IMG/VR virus record: IMGVR_UViG_3300045016_000151
Coordinates: 82,078-146,077 of that record
Strand: one strand, 5' to 3'
Source of the DNA: a virus
Lineage: Duplodnaviria; Heunggongvirae; Uroviricota; Caudoviricetes
DNA: 64,000 nt
Of this stretch, positions 1 to 11,028 are shown in pieces (position 1 is the first letter of the stretch; each line of letters starts with the position of its first letter). The notes under the pieces were generated by a model, which saw nothing but the letters and a program-made list of their open reading frames with translations, did not search any database and was not told the origin of the DNA. The position numbers and the translations under genes were made by a program.

Positions 1-108
1 TTAGCGGCGTGTGTAATATCGGCAAATAATTTTCCGCTTTTGGTGTACTTAACATAGTGTTAATATTTGAAATTGTATCCTGTATTAATTGTAATTGTTC
101 TTGCATAT

Positions 109-1461
109 TTAATCCTCTGTGAATTTATTTTCTATTCCCAACGCATCTAGTAAATTGGTAGATAATGCGTTTTGATCTATCATTGATGCATAAGATGGAT
201 TTTGAGTAAGTGCCAAATTAATAACATTTTTTATCAAAGTCATAAATCGTTTGCTAACAGGGATAGGAGTTTGTTCTAAAACCGCCGCAGCTGGAATGTA
301 TCCAAGTCTTACACCATCATCAGTGGCAGCAATTTCATAAGCATTCCACAACGAGCTTGTGCCAACATATGCGTCTCCCGCAATCCACTTCGGATCCAAA
401 GCTCCGCCAACAAAAGGATCTTGCAATAATAATGTTGTCTGTAAGGTTGTCTTATAAGCATCTTTTAAATAATAAATATTTGCATACTGCGCAGTAGTAA
501 ATTGTGTTATATATTCATCTGGTATAGGCATATCGGGTACTAATCCTGACGTGGTGGGGTCATCATAAAATAACGTCCAATATGCTTTACTTTGAGTATA
601 CGGATATTCATCAAATGATGGTACCGAATCAAACAAACCGCTTGTTCTTATGTAATATCCTCCAGAGGCAGAAATATAAAAATCTGTGACGCTGATCTTT
701 CCCCTATAGTCAACCAAATAATAATTTTCCAATGATTCAACCCCTGAATAATGTAAGTCACGTACCATACGATCATCGCCTGCACCAATAACTACTGTTT
801 CATATACTGACGGAAAATTTTCAGTAATAAGATTATTAAAACTCTGTTCGCTGGCAAGACTTCGGTTCATTACGGCGTTTATTAATCTTTCGGCATATTC
901 AGTATTTGTCTCTGCTAATATCCCGGCGGCAAACGCTACTGGGTTCGTTATCTGCGACGGTTCAATAGCAAAATCAGTTGATGTAATAGAATTTGGATCA
1001 AGTGGTGTTCCCAATGTGTCATATGTAGCTACTACGGGAATCAATCCAGTGGAATATAAGGGGAATCGCCATAAATTGGCATTCATGGTTCCTTCAGATA
1101 TAGTAAATGTTTTTGTCGTTGCATATATACGACTATCCAATGCAGTAAAAGTTGTACCAATTGGGATCGATATGTTTTGTGCGATATCATAAAACATTTC
1201 TACATAACCAGTGGATGGAATCGCTTGTCTGCGGTAAACTAAAAAATTACTGCCGATAGCATCTAGTTCGTCGGGGTTGATCTTCTCTGGGTCTTTCAAT
1301 CCCAAATTATCTAATAAATATTTTAATTGAGTAAGTACCGGGTCCATCATGGCCGCAGCTGGATTCACAAATAATTCAGACAGTGGAGAATTATCTGATA
1401 CATCTAGATTTGGCAGTTTAGCTTTTAAAATTATTTTTATGTATTCTCTTGTTGTTAACAT
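109..1461 (-). CDS. baseplate J-like / wedge protein
   Basis: 450 aa; N-terminal pattern (LD.IG.NF.V.R..A..STG.V, IP.GT.F, E.N.EY..RL) typical of baseplate J; tail-module context. Confidence 0.6.
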   Translation of the reverse strand: MLTTREYIKIILKAKLPNLDVSDNSPLSELFVNPAAAMMDPVLTQLKYLLDNLGLKDPEKINPDELDAIGSNFLVYRRQAIPSTGYVEMFYDIAQNISIPIGTTFTALDSRIYATTKTFTISEGTMNANLWRFPLYSTGLIPVVATYDTLGTPLDPNSITSTDFAIEPSQITNPVAFAAGILAETNTEYAERLINAVMNRSLASEQSFNNLITENFPSVYETVVIGAGDDRMVRDLHYSGVESLENYYLVDYRGKISVTDFYISASGGYYIRTSGLFDSVPSFDEYPYTQSKAYWTLFYDDPTTSGLVPDMPIPDEYITQFTTAQYANIYYLKDAYKTTLQTTLLLQDPFVGGALDPKWIAGDAYVGTSSLWNAYEIAATDDGVRLGYIPAAAVLEQTPIPVSKRFMTLIKNVINLALTQNPSYASMIDQNALSTNLLDALGIENKFTED

Positions 1462-1462
1462 A

Positions 1463-1963
1463 TTACACCGTTAATATATATTCTTCATTACTTTCTGTTA
1501 CCACAATGACCTCAACCAGCACTGTTGTACTATCTGTTGGATCTAAATAGATATCACTTAATTGTAAATCTACTAGTAGTTGATTAGCTGCTAATGTTTG
1601 ACCGGCTTGTGCTTCTAATATTTGTTTTTTTACCGATGCTAACGCTGATGTCACTCGAACATGTAGTTCTAATGTATCAGAAGTATTTTGGACTTTTATC
1701 TGCGTAATTAAAGAGCCCATACCAGGATTAAATAAGCTTTCCCCAAAAGTCGTAAGTAGTGCAAGAGTTATTTTATCTAATAAAACTTGCACACCAGTAG
1801 ATTTTTTCGGTGCCGCACCAAAAGTCAACGAAATTTCACCTGTATTTTCATCGACACTGACTATGGACATACTTACACCTTTGGTCGAGGTTGGTAAATT
1901 CTCAGTTAATTCAAAAGTTAGTCCAGTGTCAGATGATTTAAAAATTTCATTATATGCACTCAT
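1463..1963 (-). CDS. gp25/W-like baseplate wedge protein
   Basis: LLT..GE..FNP.MGS motif; directly upstream of J-like gene; start at MSAYNE overlaps upstream stop. Confidence 0.55.
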   Translation of the reverse strand: MSAYNEIFKSSDTGLTFELTENLPTSTKGVSMSIVSVDENTGEISLTFGAAPKKSTGVQVLLDKITLALLTTFGESLFNPGMGSLITQIKVQNTSDTLELHVRVTSALASVKKQILEAQAGQTLAANQLLVDLQLSDIYLDPTDSTTVLVEVIVVTESNEEYILTV

Positions 1964-3867
1964 AAAGCCAGCCCCATAAAAAAGTCTGATGTTGCGTCGC
2001 CAGTTCCTTCCCACCAAGGCGCGGTATCTGGCGGTTTGTTTTCGTCAGCCTTGGCTGTTTGTTCAACTTGTTTACCTTGAATCTTCGCTTCTTCGTCAAC
2101 TTTAGCATTTGTTAGCCCAGATTTATTATTAGCATGATTACAATCACCAGTTATTTTTTTAAATAGATTGTTTACATTATTTATTGCACCGGACGCCGTT
2201 TCAATCATAGCCGTTGCAACGCTACTTAATGTATTTGCCAGATTAGCAGTTTGGCCGGATACCAAACCAGTTACTAACGCGGCGCCAAATGGACTTTGCT
2301 GTGCTAATTGTGATAATGCTTTTGTAACCGCAGAAACCAGCGGATTATTTAATATATTTAATTGTTTTAACAAAGACAATAGATATGTATCTTCGGCGAT
2401 AGCGCGTAACAATAATGCCCGCACTTCAGTAAATAACACAACAGCTCTACGTAATACTGCTTTATTTAACGGTGCAGTGACAGCGAATCCTGTAATAACT
2501 AATGAGAGCTTTAACAAGCTATCTATAGCTTCCTCATCATACTTTTGATACGCAGTGGAATTTAAATATGTTTGTATTTTTTCTATTATATAGAAATCAC
2601 TGGCCACCGCGTTAAAAGCTTCGCCCGCTTCGGTTTGTTGTGCTAATAATTGTTTTGCACCTTCTAATTTAGTAACTGTCCATGCTTTAAATAAAACTGG
2701 TTTGGCAATGGCGTTTGTTAGTGTTCCTGCCGCAGCACTATCTCCTACTTCTTTCAGATGTTTTGCAACACTAGCTTCTACTTCTTCGATTATTGACTTG
2801 GCTGGACTCAAAGAATACCATAGTACTTTAGCAGAAGTCTTTAGTGTTGACCAATTGAGCGTCCAATTTTTAATTAATTCCACCTGCTTTTTTATTACAG
2901 CGTGAGTGGCAACCAATCCCTTATTTGTATCGATCCAAGATAAAGTTTGCAAAAATGAATTTTCTTTCGGTATATCTTTACTCCATTGTGTTTTTAACGT
3001 GTTGTATTGTTGTTGTCGTTGTATTAATATTGTATTGCGGTCTTTTGCAACGCCGGGGATGGACTTCCCAAATGTTAAATCGATACCTTTTATTTCAACA
3101 CCAAGGATACTTGCGCCAGAGGTTATGATTGCTAATTGTGTTAGATGCCAAATATATGCTTCAGCCAGCATTATATGCTCAGCAACTACACCTTCTAATA
3201 TAACATCTTTAAAGGCCTGTCCGACACTTTTCTTTTTTGTAAGTATATCGTTAAAAAACTTTTGTCCTAATTTGCGTGATCGATCCCCGGTTATAATTCC
3301 AATAGCTACGTCGATATTATAAATTACTTGCCTCAGTAATGATGTATTAAAACGTGGTTTTTCTGAAGATAAACTTTTTTGTATTACGTTTAAATCCTCC
3401 AATGCTTTTTTGATAAAGGGATAAGCGTATTTTAATTGAGTGTTAACTGATTTTATATATGGTTTTGATAATCTTCGTAATATATTTAATGCGCCGTCCG
3501 TATGATATAATATTTCATTTAGTGATAATAATCGTAATGCGACCTGCCTTTTCAGGGAATCCAAGGTCATCCCAAAAGAGACTGATTCGGCTTCCGCGGA
3601 TAGATTCAAAATAGAAACTAGGCCGGCCAAAGCACTAGATGCAAATGCGCCTAATTTTTCTTGTGCGGCTTCTTGCATTTGTGTCACAGCGGTTTGTATA
3701 CCTGCGGAAGTTAATCCTCCGATAGTATCAGATAATCCCGATATAATTGAATCCAGTGCAGGTATTCCAGTGCCAGCAAATGCACCTGCAACACTAGCTT
3801 CCTTTGAGGCTTTTACTTTCTTTAATATATCCTCCGAAGTAGTCGGAGGGCACACAAATGATGCCAT
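1960..3867 (-). CDS. hypothetical virion-associated protein (635 aa, helical)
   Basis: Long ORF coupled to neighbours in tail module; function not recognised. Confidence 0.6.
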   Translation of the reverse strand: MASFVCPPTTSEDILKKVKASKEASVAGAFAGTGIPALDSIISGLSDTIGGLTSAGIQTAVTQMQEAAQEKLGAFASSALAGLVSILNLSAEAESVSFGMTLDSLKRQVALRLLSLNEILYHTDGALNILRRLSKPYIKSVNTQLKYAYPFIKKALEDLNVIQKSLSSEKPRFNTSLLRQVIYNIDVAIGIITGDRSRKLGQKFFNDILTKKKSVGQAFKDVILEGVVAEHIMLAEAYIWHLTQLAIITSGASILGVEIKGIDLTFGKSIPGVAKDRNTILIQRQQQYNTLKTQWSKDIPKENSFLQTLSWIDTNKGLVATHAVIKKQVELIKNWTLNWSTLKTSAKVLWYSLSPAKSIIEEVEASVAKHLKEVGDSAAAGTLTNAIAKPVLFKAWTVTKLEGAKQLLAQQTEAGEAFNAVASDFYIIEKIQTYLNSTAYQKYDEEAIDSLLKLSLVITGFAVTAPLNKAVLRRAVVLFTEVRALLLRAIAEDTYLLSLLKQLNILNNPLVSAVTKALSQLAQQSPFGAALVTGLVSGQTANLANTLSSVATAMIETASGAINNVNNLFKKITGDCNHANNKSGLTNAKVDEEAKIQGKQVEQTAKADENKPPDTAPWWEGTGDATSDFFMGLAL

Positions 3868-4577
3868 TACATACTTTCCTTAACACGTTGTGCTATTCTT
3901 TTGCTTATTGTTCTAATCTCTTCTTCAGTTTTATGTAACTTACGTGATATTTGTTGTAAGTTTAACTTCGGGGCCCCACCTATTCCAAACCAATACTCTA
4001 TGACTTTTTGTTCTTCGGGGGTACTACTCCAATATACAAATTCTACGAGGTCTCTACTTGAATCTGTCATATTCAATTGACTATCAAAGAACGCCTCTTC
4101 CTTACCTTGTATGACGTTTAAGTCGGCGCGTAATTCAGCCTGCATACGTTCTACTTCTGCAGGCGACCACTGTAGTTCATCGGCCAGTTCTATTACTGTT
4201 GGCTCACGATTTAGTGATTCGGTTAAGTTGGCCTTTATATTTTTAAATTTACTTATGGCTATACCTCGGTTTTCGGGTATTTTTCCAACGTTTTGATACT
4301 CAAGCACATATCTATGTAAATGCTTTAACTCATGACCAACATGCGTATTTAATTGCGTACCCATCGTCGGCTTAAAGGTGCTAAACGCCTTTAAAGCCAA
4401 AATACGTGCCTGGCTTTCAATTGCGGGTCTAGGTAACGGCGCACCAGTATATTTATTTACATATGATTGTAAAAATGGATCCATTGAACGCAACAACTGA
4501 TTGGCGAATTGAGGATCACCTGTATGCTTCCATCGCTTCCAAATTGCTATCTCGTTTTGTTTTAAATTATTACTCAT
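3867..4577 (-). CDS. phage RNA polymerase sigma-factor-like protein
   Basis: Region-2-like segment (AF..F.P..G..L.THV), region-3 (L.REPT..ELA..L) and C-terminal HTH (L.QIS.KL). Confidence 0.7.
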   Translation of the reverse strand: MSNNLKQNEIAIWKRWKHTGDPQFANQLLRSMDPFLQSYVNKYTGAPLPRPAIESQARILALKAFSTFKPTMGTQLNTHVGHELKHLHRYVLEYQNVGKIPENRGIAISKFKNIKANLTESLNREPTVIELADELQWSPAEVERMQAELRADLNVIQGKEEAFFDSQLNMTDSSRDLVEFVYWSSTPEEQKVIEYWFGIGGAPKLNLQQISRKLHKTEEEIRTISKRIAQRVKESM

Positions 4578-5538
4578 TTTTTAGTGCTTTTCTATATTCA
4601 TTCAAATATGCAGAATATGCTGCATCCCGGTCTTTCTTCAACTTATCTAGTTTATCATCTGTCATACCTGTTCCTGCTTCGATGCCTATCGCTGCCTCGC
4701 GCTTTTCAGTAATTAGTTTAGCTTCGGCTTCCGTTACCTGAGCAACTAAATCATTGTATATCTTTAATAAATTATTCAAAGTTGTTTTTAAAGTCTTCGA
4801 TGTTGCTATTCCTGGAGTATACTGATTACGAACATAAGCGTTATAAAAGTTTTCTTCCATTACAGCCCAAGTCATTTGAAACTGTACCAAATACTGATTA
4901 TTGGTATCTCTAGTTAATTGTAATTGTACCGGATAACCAATAATTGATGACCGTTCAAAAAACAAGCCTGCTATATTATTCTGTTCCACTAGTTTTGTAC
5001 CGCGCAACTGCTCATCGTAAAACATTTGAAATGAGGTAGACCAACGATACTGATCGCGAGTACGCAAAGAAAACATTCTGTCGACATCGGCCAAGCCCAA
5101 TTCGACCGCCATTAATTCACCGTATATGTTGTCATTTGTATAACTTGAGTCTAATGCCTCAATAAGCATACCTTGAATTGTATATACCTTAGTACGCTCG
5201 CCGAAGAAAAATAATTTCGATTCTCGAAATGTCTCAATTATTTGAAATCGCTCCAATTTAGGTTTTGTTATACTTTGCAGAAAGAAATTTTTAGTCATAT
5301 ATTTAATACGACGATCAGTAGCATTAAATATTGATATAACTGCCGGTTGTTTTATCTCCGATAAATTTATTGTATGAGATTTTTCATTTTGTTCTGTTGA
5401 AATCGTTAAAGCATCGTCTGCATCTGGAGTAACCTGACTTTTTTCGGGTACAGTCATTATACTATTAAGTGAACCACCGGTAGCAGTAACTTTTGAATAA
5501 GTATTACTAATTACCGCAGGTATATAAAATAATGGCAT
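4570..5538 (-). CDS. putative tail/baseplate structural protein
   Basis: 322 aa ORF in tail operon. Confidence 0.5.
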   Translation of the reverse strand: MPLFYIPAVISNTYSKVTATGGSLNSIMTVPEKSQVTPDADDALTISTEQNEKSHTINLSEIKQPAVISIFNATDRRIKYMTKNFFLQSITKPKLERFQIIETFRESKLFFFGERTKVYTIQGMLIEALDSSYTNDNIYGELMAVELGLADVDRMFSLRTRDQYRWSTSFQMFYDEQLRGTKLVEQNNIAGLFFERSSIIGYPVQLQLTRDTNNQYLVQFQMTWAVMEENFYNAYVRNQYTPGIATSKTLKTTLNNLLKIYNDLVAQVTEAEAKLITEKREAAIGIEAGTGMTDDKLDKLKKDRDAAYSAYLNEYRKALKNE

Positions 5539-7910
5539 TATTCTAATCCTTTCCAAACAGCTACGGCCGGGTTTGTAGCTTTAAAAATATTTAATATCAT
5601 GTTTTGTCGTTCTCGTATAAAAGGTCTAGGAGAATCCATGTCAACTTGCCCTACGAAGTAAGGTTTTCCTGCGGAGTCACATAGTGATCTAGCGGTTAGT
5701 TTATCTACTGCATTTGATAATCCAGACATTAATTCTTTTAACGTAGCTAATCGTCGATATGTCAAATCATCTGTGAACTTTTTTAGGGTCGCCGTATCTT
5801 TTATAACATTGTATTTTTCTTGTAATTTTGCGGCGCATTTACTTGTAGAAAGTGGATCTATATCTTCGCCCCTAGCGTTTAATTGTAAATTATTAACACA
5901 ATAATCATAAACTGAACTATCTGAGCGTCCAGTCAAATACACGTATAACCTTCCACCAACTTCTTTAACATTAAATTCAGATAATGTCGGTGGCAATATG
6001 TCTTTATATGGATCAAGGAAATCGGCGTAACTTTCTGTCGGTAGAGATGTATCAACACAAGATACGTGTGATAAATTTATATTTTGTACTGCTTCTCCTT
6101 GCGCACTGATATTTATAATATTTGTAGTAATTACACCAGTGAGTGGACCAAAGTCTTTTAACAATAATAACGATTGTGCACCACACACTCGATATGGCGA
6201 AAAAGTAACACGCAAAGCAGCGGTTCTGCCTATACGACGCTTCTCTACGTAAATAGTTTCAGCAAGTTGCATTTTATAATTCATTAATGCTTCAGAACCA
6301 TTACCCATATTCATGCGATCAAATAATTTTTTATCTGTATCTATCTTTTCGAAATTTTTATCAGAAGAAATTGCTGCAGGAGATTCAACTTCGGTAGATA
6401 ACGAATCTTTTACCGCATTCAATAGGAATGCTTGTTCTAAAGCGCTATCATCTTTTTCCACCAATGACACGACACCACGCATTGCCTCTTCATTGGTGTA
6501 TTTTAATATATCAATAACATCTTTATTTAATACGGCATTATCATTAGATATAGTTTTATTTTGTGACAAAGTTTTAATTTGCTCATTTTCAGTGCTCGCT
6601 AATCCAATAGTTTTCTGGTTTTTAAAAGATTTTATATATTTGTCAAATGTATCCACAACCCAACGTTCGGATTCTTCAGATTTCACGGCGCCTTCTCGCA
6701 ACGCTTTTCTTGAAGACGCAGTTAACTTTGAAAGTTTATTTATTACATCACTGACCAGTATTTTTGCTGGCACAATAATAGCCAACATAGCATTTATAAT
6801 GATGTTGCCGCTTTCGTCTTTGGTTGGAATTGTATTGGAAGTATAAATCAATCTAGTTGGTTCATTTCTCCAAGAACGATTCATTTGTATTGTTTCGACG
6901 TCATCATCGAAAAATACATTATTGGATATGGGCGCCAACAGATTACATTCTGGTGCAACAATAACTTTAGACAAAGTTAATTCAGCAATGTCGCTTAAAG
7001 CATCGATTGTTAGAACCGGCGCCGCAAATTCCTGAAAAGTATATTTAAACGGCTCTAAAATTTTTCGGATAGCTGATGAAACAGGCATTGATCCTGAACT
7101 TGCGATACCACGTATACGTTCTTTTAGATATGCTAGCACGGCAGTACTCTTTGCAAGATTTTCCATAGTGCCAGACCCGATATAATTTATCATTGAATCA
7201 AATAATAAACTTTGCATCAAGCCATTTAAAAACGGGCCATACTTAAACAAAAAGTGATTTATAACTAGTGCAATTCTTGCACGCAATTTTGTACCGCGGT
7301 GAAATTTAAAATCCGGCCCCTCCGGCGGATTATTTTTCCAATATGCTTTTAAACCTGCCATTAATTTATTACGACTATTTGTCGAGCCTAAAACTTGTTC
7401 ATAATCTTTTATAGTTTTGTCGTCTTTGGTTGTATCCATAAAGTTCACAAGACTAAGTAATAGTGAAGGAAACTTACTATAATATATCCCCTTTCCATCT
7501 GCCCCAGTATTAGTAAAATAATTTATACCGAGCATAACGGATTCAGCTGCCGTTGGGATAGTAGCATCTATCGGTACTATCGGATTTGTATCCCAATTAC
7601 CTGTAAATCCAGTAAATGTTAACTGCACTTCGGATGAGGTCGCTGTACGATTCAGCCCGTTATCAGTGTATTCACCAAAAAATATAACCACTTCTTCATA
7701 TACAGGTATTCCATCTTTATAACTTTTAATTTCTTCCAAGGTTATAACACAAATAGTCTTCGGTAAAATATTAAAGATATTTTTTATAGGAACCACATTT
7801 ATGATAGCGGTTGGTGGTGTTCCGATTTGTTCGATTATATGTATATTTGAAAAATCAATTTCTACATTTTCAAGATATACATGACATTTTATTTTTGATG
7901 CTGATAGCAT
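5538..7910 (-). CDS. putative baseplate hub / tail protein (790 aa)
   Basis: Follows tape measure gene; beta-rich N-terminus as in hub proteins. Confidence 0.45.
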   Translation of the reverse strand: MLSASKIKCHVYLENVEIDFSNIHIIEQIGTPPTAIINVVPIKNIFNILPKTICVITLEEIKSYKDGIPVYEEVVIFFGEYTDNGLNRTATSSEVQLTFTGFTGNWDTNPIVPIDATIPTAAESVMLGINYFTNTGADGKGIYYSKFPSLLLSLVNFMDTTKDDKTIKDYEQVLGSTNSRNKLMAGLKAYWKNNPPEGPDFKFHRGTKLRARIALVINHFLFKYGPFLNGLMQSLLFDSMINYIGSGTMENLAKSTAVLAYLKERIRGIASSGSMPVSSAIRKILEPFKYTFQEFAAPVLTIDALSDIAELTLSKVIVAPECNLLAPISNNVFFDDDVETIQMNRSWRNEPTRLIYTSNTIPTKDESGNIIINAMLAIIVPAKILVSDVINKLSKLTASSRKALREGAVKSEESERWVVDTFDKYIKSFKNQKTIGLASTENEQIKTLSQNKTISNDNAVLNKDVIDILKYTNEEAMRGVVSLVEKDDSALEQAFLLNAVKDSLSTEVESPAAISSDKNFEKIDTDKKLFDRMNMGNGSEALMNYKMQLAETIYVEKRRIGRTAALRVTFSPYRVCGAQSLLLLKDFGPLTGVITTNIINISAQGEAVQNINLSHVSCVDTSLPTESYADFLDPYKDILPPTLSEFNVKEVGGRLYVYLTGRSDSSVYDYCVNNLQLNARGEDIDPLSTSKCAAKLQEKYNVIKDTATLKKFTDDLTYRRLATLKELMSGLSNAVDKLTARSLCDSAGKPYFVGQVDMDSPRPFIRERQNMILNIFKATNPAVAVWKGLE

Positions 7911-7919
7911 ATATCCTCG

Positions 7920-10691
7920 TTACCAATGTACTTTAACATTTATATAACCAGTGGCTTGATCAGCAGCTTTTTTCAGCGTAGCTGTGTTTGTAATAATTTC
8001 TTTCAATGCCGCTGCCTGCGCAGCGTTACTTTGTGCTTGCATCGTTGCTTCAGGACTTAGTCCTCCAGTCATACCTATTGCGCCGAACTGTTTCATTTGT
8101 TTTGCTATTAGATCCAGTTGGTCATTTACCTTTTTTTGATCTTTCAGCTGATCGTCTACTTTTGCTTTCTCGGCACTAATTCCTGATTCTTGTAATAGAT
8201 CACTGGTTTGAGAATTGAAAGTATCGGCACCAGTACCTCGTCCGATAAGCTCGGCGGCGCCACGAGCGACCACAGCGCCAGCGCGGTTTAATGTGGCTGT
8301 CAGCCATTTATTTGCTCGAAATGTCTTACTAACTTCAACACGCGATGCAATATCTTCACGTTCTAGCCCCCATTCATCTAGCCCCCGCGCTATTCCTCGT
8401 AAAAAAGAAACTTGCGGGCCTGCTAATATATCACTTACTGTTTGCTCTTCTTGTGCCGCAGTAGTTTTGTTATACAATTGTGTTATTCTAGTTGCTTCCC
8501 CCTTAGTCATCCCGGGTTTAGCAAAATCTTTTATATTTGACACCAACTTTTCATTTATAAGAAGTTGCATTTTTTCTTGTGTCATTGGCTCGGCAAGTCG
8601 TTCTTGCAGCGTCTTCTCCGCCGCCGTGGTTTTTGAATCAACTTGACGTAATTTATTTAAATTTCGATTTATAAAATATTCTCGTGCAAGAGTTGTTTGT
8701 TTGTCATTTGCGTCAGACACACTTTCAAGTATATTTTTTCGTTCATTTTCAGAAGCATATATTAAGTCGACCACCGCTTTTTCAGATCCAAGAACTTTTT
8801 GTAAATCATCGAAACGTTCGTGATCTATTCCAGTGAACAGGGCGTTTATAGCAGAAGTGCGTGTACGTGTTATATAATCAGGCTCTCTCAATGTTGCGTT
8901 ACCAAGTACTTTTTCAGCGTATTGTTCTAATCCTCGCAAAGCCGTAGGTAATCCTAGAAAGTTTCCTGTAGCAGCCATTGTATTACTAATGACATTTGTA
9001 AAACGATCAGACATCTGGGCAAGTGTCGATGGAGCCATATCAACCGCTGTTTGATAGCCGGTATTACGTAGTTTAGCTATATTAACCGTTGCACCTCCTG
9101 TAGCCATTCGATATGATGATTCGGCATCTGGTAACGACACCCCTAGTGTTGTCTGCGCAAATCCCATAAAATTTTCCATTGTAGGATTTATATTTAACAT
9201 CTTCATAACTGATGCTATATCTAATCCGCGCATAGCCGCAAGGACTGTGGGATTTTCATTACTGATTAATTTACCCATACGACCCTGCATTCCCAATATG
9301 CCTTCGATTCCCCCGGCACTAAGATTTGCAACTGCGGTACCAATCGCTTCTTGTGGACTCATACCAACGGTACCCATTAATCCGCCCGATGTCATACCCG
9401 CAGCAAAACGAGTAAAGCCATTCATACTATTAGCCCATTCGTATCCCATACGAGTTGTATTTAATGTATATTGTTGTATTCCACCATACTGTTGTATTAG
9501 TTCCATCGGAACGGTGCCTGCTTCGACAAATGATTTAGTACGTAATAATGCATCCATTCCTCCCGCAAACGCTGACCCTAAATTTATCCCGGTACCACGT
9601 ACCATCTCCGCAGCTTGTTGTGCAAATGACATAAATTCTTTTGGTGTATAACCAGCAGCATATGCCATTGTAGCTGTACCTATTGCTGAATTACCGGTTA
9701 TAGGTCGTCCATACATTTGCATGGTATTCATATACTGTAAAGCGTCTTCTTCAGTAAGACGTAATATCTGCATTACTTTGCGATGATTCTCAATCATATC
9801 TTTTGCACGAGTTCGATATTCTTCTGCTGATCTTACAGTATCGAACCCACCAATAGCGGTATATTCCTGCATTACACGTTGTACATCAGTATTTGTAACA
9901 CCATATCCAACCAATGCCTCGCTTCTTGCTACAGTTGATAAATCCTGGCCAATCTGTAAAGCTTGCTGTCTTGTGAATCTTCCAGCAAATGTACGCCAAG
10001 AAGTATTATATGCAAAATCACGGATTGCGCTTGCTTGTTCGTAATCTCGTAATATGGTAGTTCCTGCGACATCATATGCCATATCACCTACCATACCTCC
10101 GAGTACAGTTCCAATAACACTTCCAAAAGGTATTGGAGTTAGGCTTCCTGCTATACCACCAAGCATTGAACCGCCTATTCCAAATGTTAACCTGCCTGAT
10201 TGATTAGCAAATTCATAGCCTGCGCGTCGTCGGAACTCTCCTGGCGTAAGTGACATTGATGGGTCATATCCCAAACCAATAACATTGGCGGTTAAGTTTT
10301 GAAAAACACCGCGGTTATGAAATGACGGTATTGGCGCACCTTGTGCAGATGCAAACATGGGTACATCAACCTGTGATAAATAAGATGTCATTACATCGTT
10401 ATTAAATTTCTGAAATCCAAGACGCATGGATTGCATTGCACGATGTACATCGTTCTGCGCATTCTGTGCCGCGCTTATTGTATTATTTATATCTTGCCCT
10501 AGCGATATTTGTGCATTTGCCAGCGCTTGCTGCATTGGGAAAGCAAAAGCTGCGGGTTGTGTTGAAGGAGTAATTGTATTAAATACTTGCGCACCGAGGG
10601 CCTGGTCGATTTGTGCGCGTACCTGTTGTAGTTGAGAAGCTAAATCACTTGTGTCTATTTTTAGTCTATATTCAAGATCTTGATCTGCCAT
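7920..10691 (-). CDS. tape measure protein
   Basis: 923 aa Ala/Gly/Met-rich helical protein directly downstream of a frameshifting chaperone pair. Confidence 0.65.
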   Translation of the reverse strand: MADQDLEYRLKIDTSDLASQLQQVRAQIDQALGAQVFNTITPSTQPAAFAFPMQQALANAQISLGQDINNTISAAQNAQNDVHRAMQSMRLGFQKFNNDVMTSYLSQVDVPMFASAQGAPIPSFHNRGVFQNLTANVIGLGYDPSMSLTPGEFRRRAGYEFANQSGRLTFGIGGSMLGGIAGSLTPIPFGSVIGTVLGGMVGDMAYDVAGTTILRDYEQASAIRDFAYNTSWRTFAGRFTRQQALQIGQDLSTVARSEALVGYGVTNTDVQRVMQEYTAIGGFDTVRSAEEYRTRAKDMIENHRKVMQILRLTEEDALQYMNTMQMYGRPITGNSAIGTATMAYAAGYTPKEFMSFAQQAAEMVRGTGINLGSAFAGGMDALLRTKSFVEAGTVPMELIQQYGGIQQYTLNTTRMGYEWANSMNGFTRFAAGMTSGGLMGTVGMSPQEAIGTAVANLSAGGIEGILGMQGRMGKLISNENPTVLAAMRGLDIASVMKMLNINPTMENFMGFAQTTLGVSLPDAESSYRMATGGATVNIAKLRNTGYQTAVDMAPSTLAQMSDRFTNVISNTMAATGNFLGLPTALRGLEQYAEKVLGNATLREPDYITRTRTSAINALFTGIDHERFDDLQKVLGSEKAVVDLIYASENERKNILESVSDANDKQTTLAREYFINRNLNKLRQVDSKTTAAEKTLQERLAEPMTQEKMQLLINEKLVSNIKDFAKPGMTKGEATRITQLYNKTTAAQEEQTVSDILAGPQVSFLRGIARGLDEWGLEREDIASRVEVSKTFRANKWLTATLNRAGAVVARGAAELIGRGTGADTFNSQTSDLLQESGISAEKAKVDDQLKDQKKVNDQLDLIAKQMKQFGAIGMTGGLSPEATMQAQSNAAQAAALKEIITNTATLKKAADQATGYINVKVHW

Positions 10692-11028
10692 TGCGTTTTA
10701 CATAGTTTTTAGGAAACTTCTTTTCAAGCGCGGATAATTTTTTTATTTTATCTTCAAATTCCTGCTTGGGTAACTTCGTTTTTTGGTATCGTTCGGGAAA
10801 TGTCAGCTCATCCAAGTGTTGTTGTATCTCATTTAGATTTTTTACTTCAGCCGCATTTTCACGATCTACTATTGCCGCATATTTTTGCAGCGAACTATGT
10901 ATATACGCTAATAGATCTTGTCGTTGTAATTCATTTAACAGTACATATTCCCGTACTGATCCTTTGCCCCCAGGATTTATACCTTTGATGTAGAGTTGGA
11001 GTCTGCGCCTGTTCCTGGGGTCGTAGTA
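10672..11028 (-). CDS. -1 frameshift extension of tail assembly chaperone (GT-like; not in ORF track)
   Basis: 118-codon open -1 frame with no ATG, entered via A-AAT-TTT (11034-11028); ends overlapping the TMP start. Confidence 0.75.
   Translation of the reverse strand, partial: YYDPRNRRRLQLYIKGINPGGKGSVREYVLLNELQRQDLLAYIHSSLQKYAAIVDRENAAEVKNLNEIQQHLDELTFPERYQKTKLPKQEFEDKIKKLSALEKKFPKNYVKRNGRSRS

Noticed and set aside
2168-10988. Plus-strand ORFs in the track (2168, 6313, 8215, 9247, 10766 etc.)
   Set aside because: Antisense shadows of long minus-strand structural genes; no motifs or SD. The same applies to minus-strand shadows over the plus-strand operons
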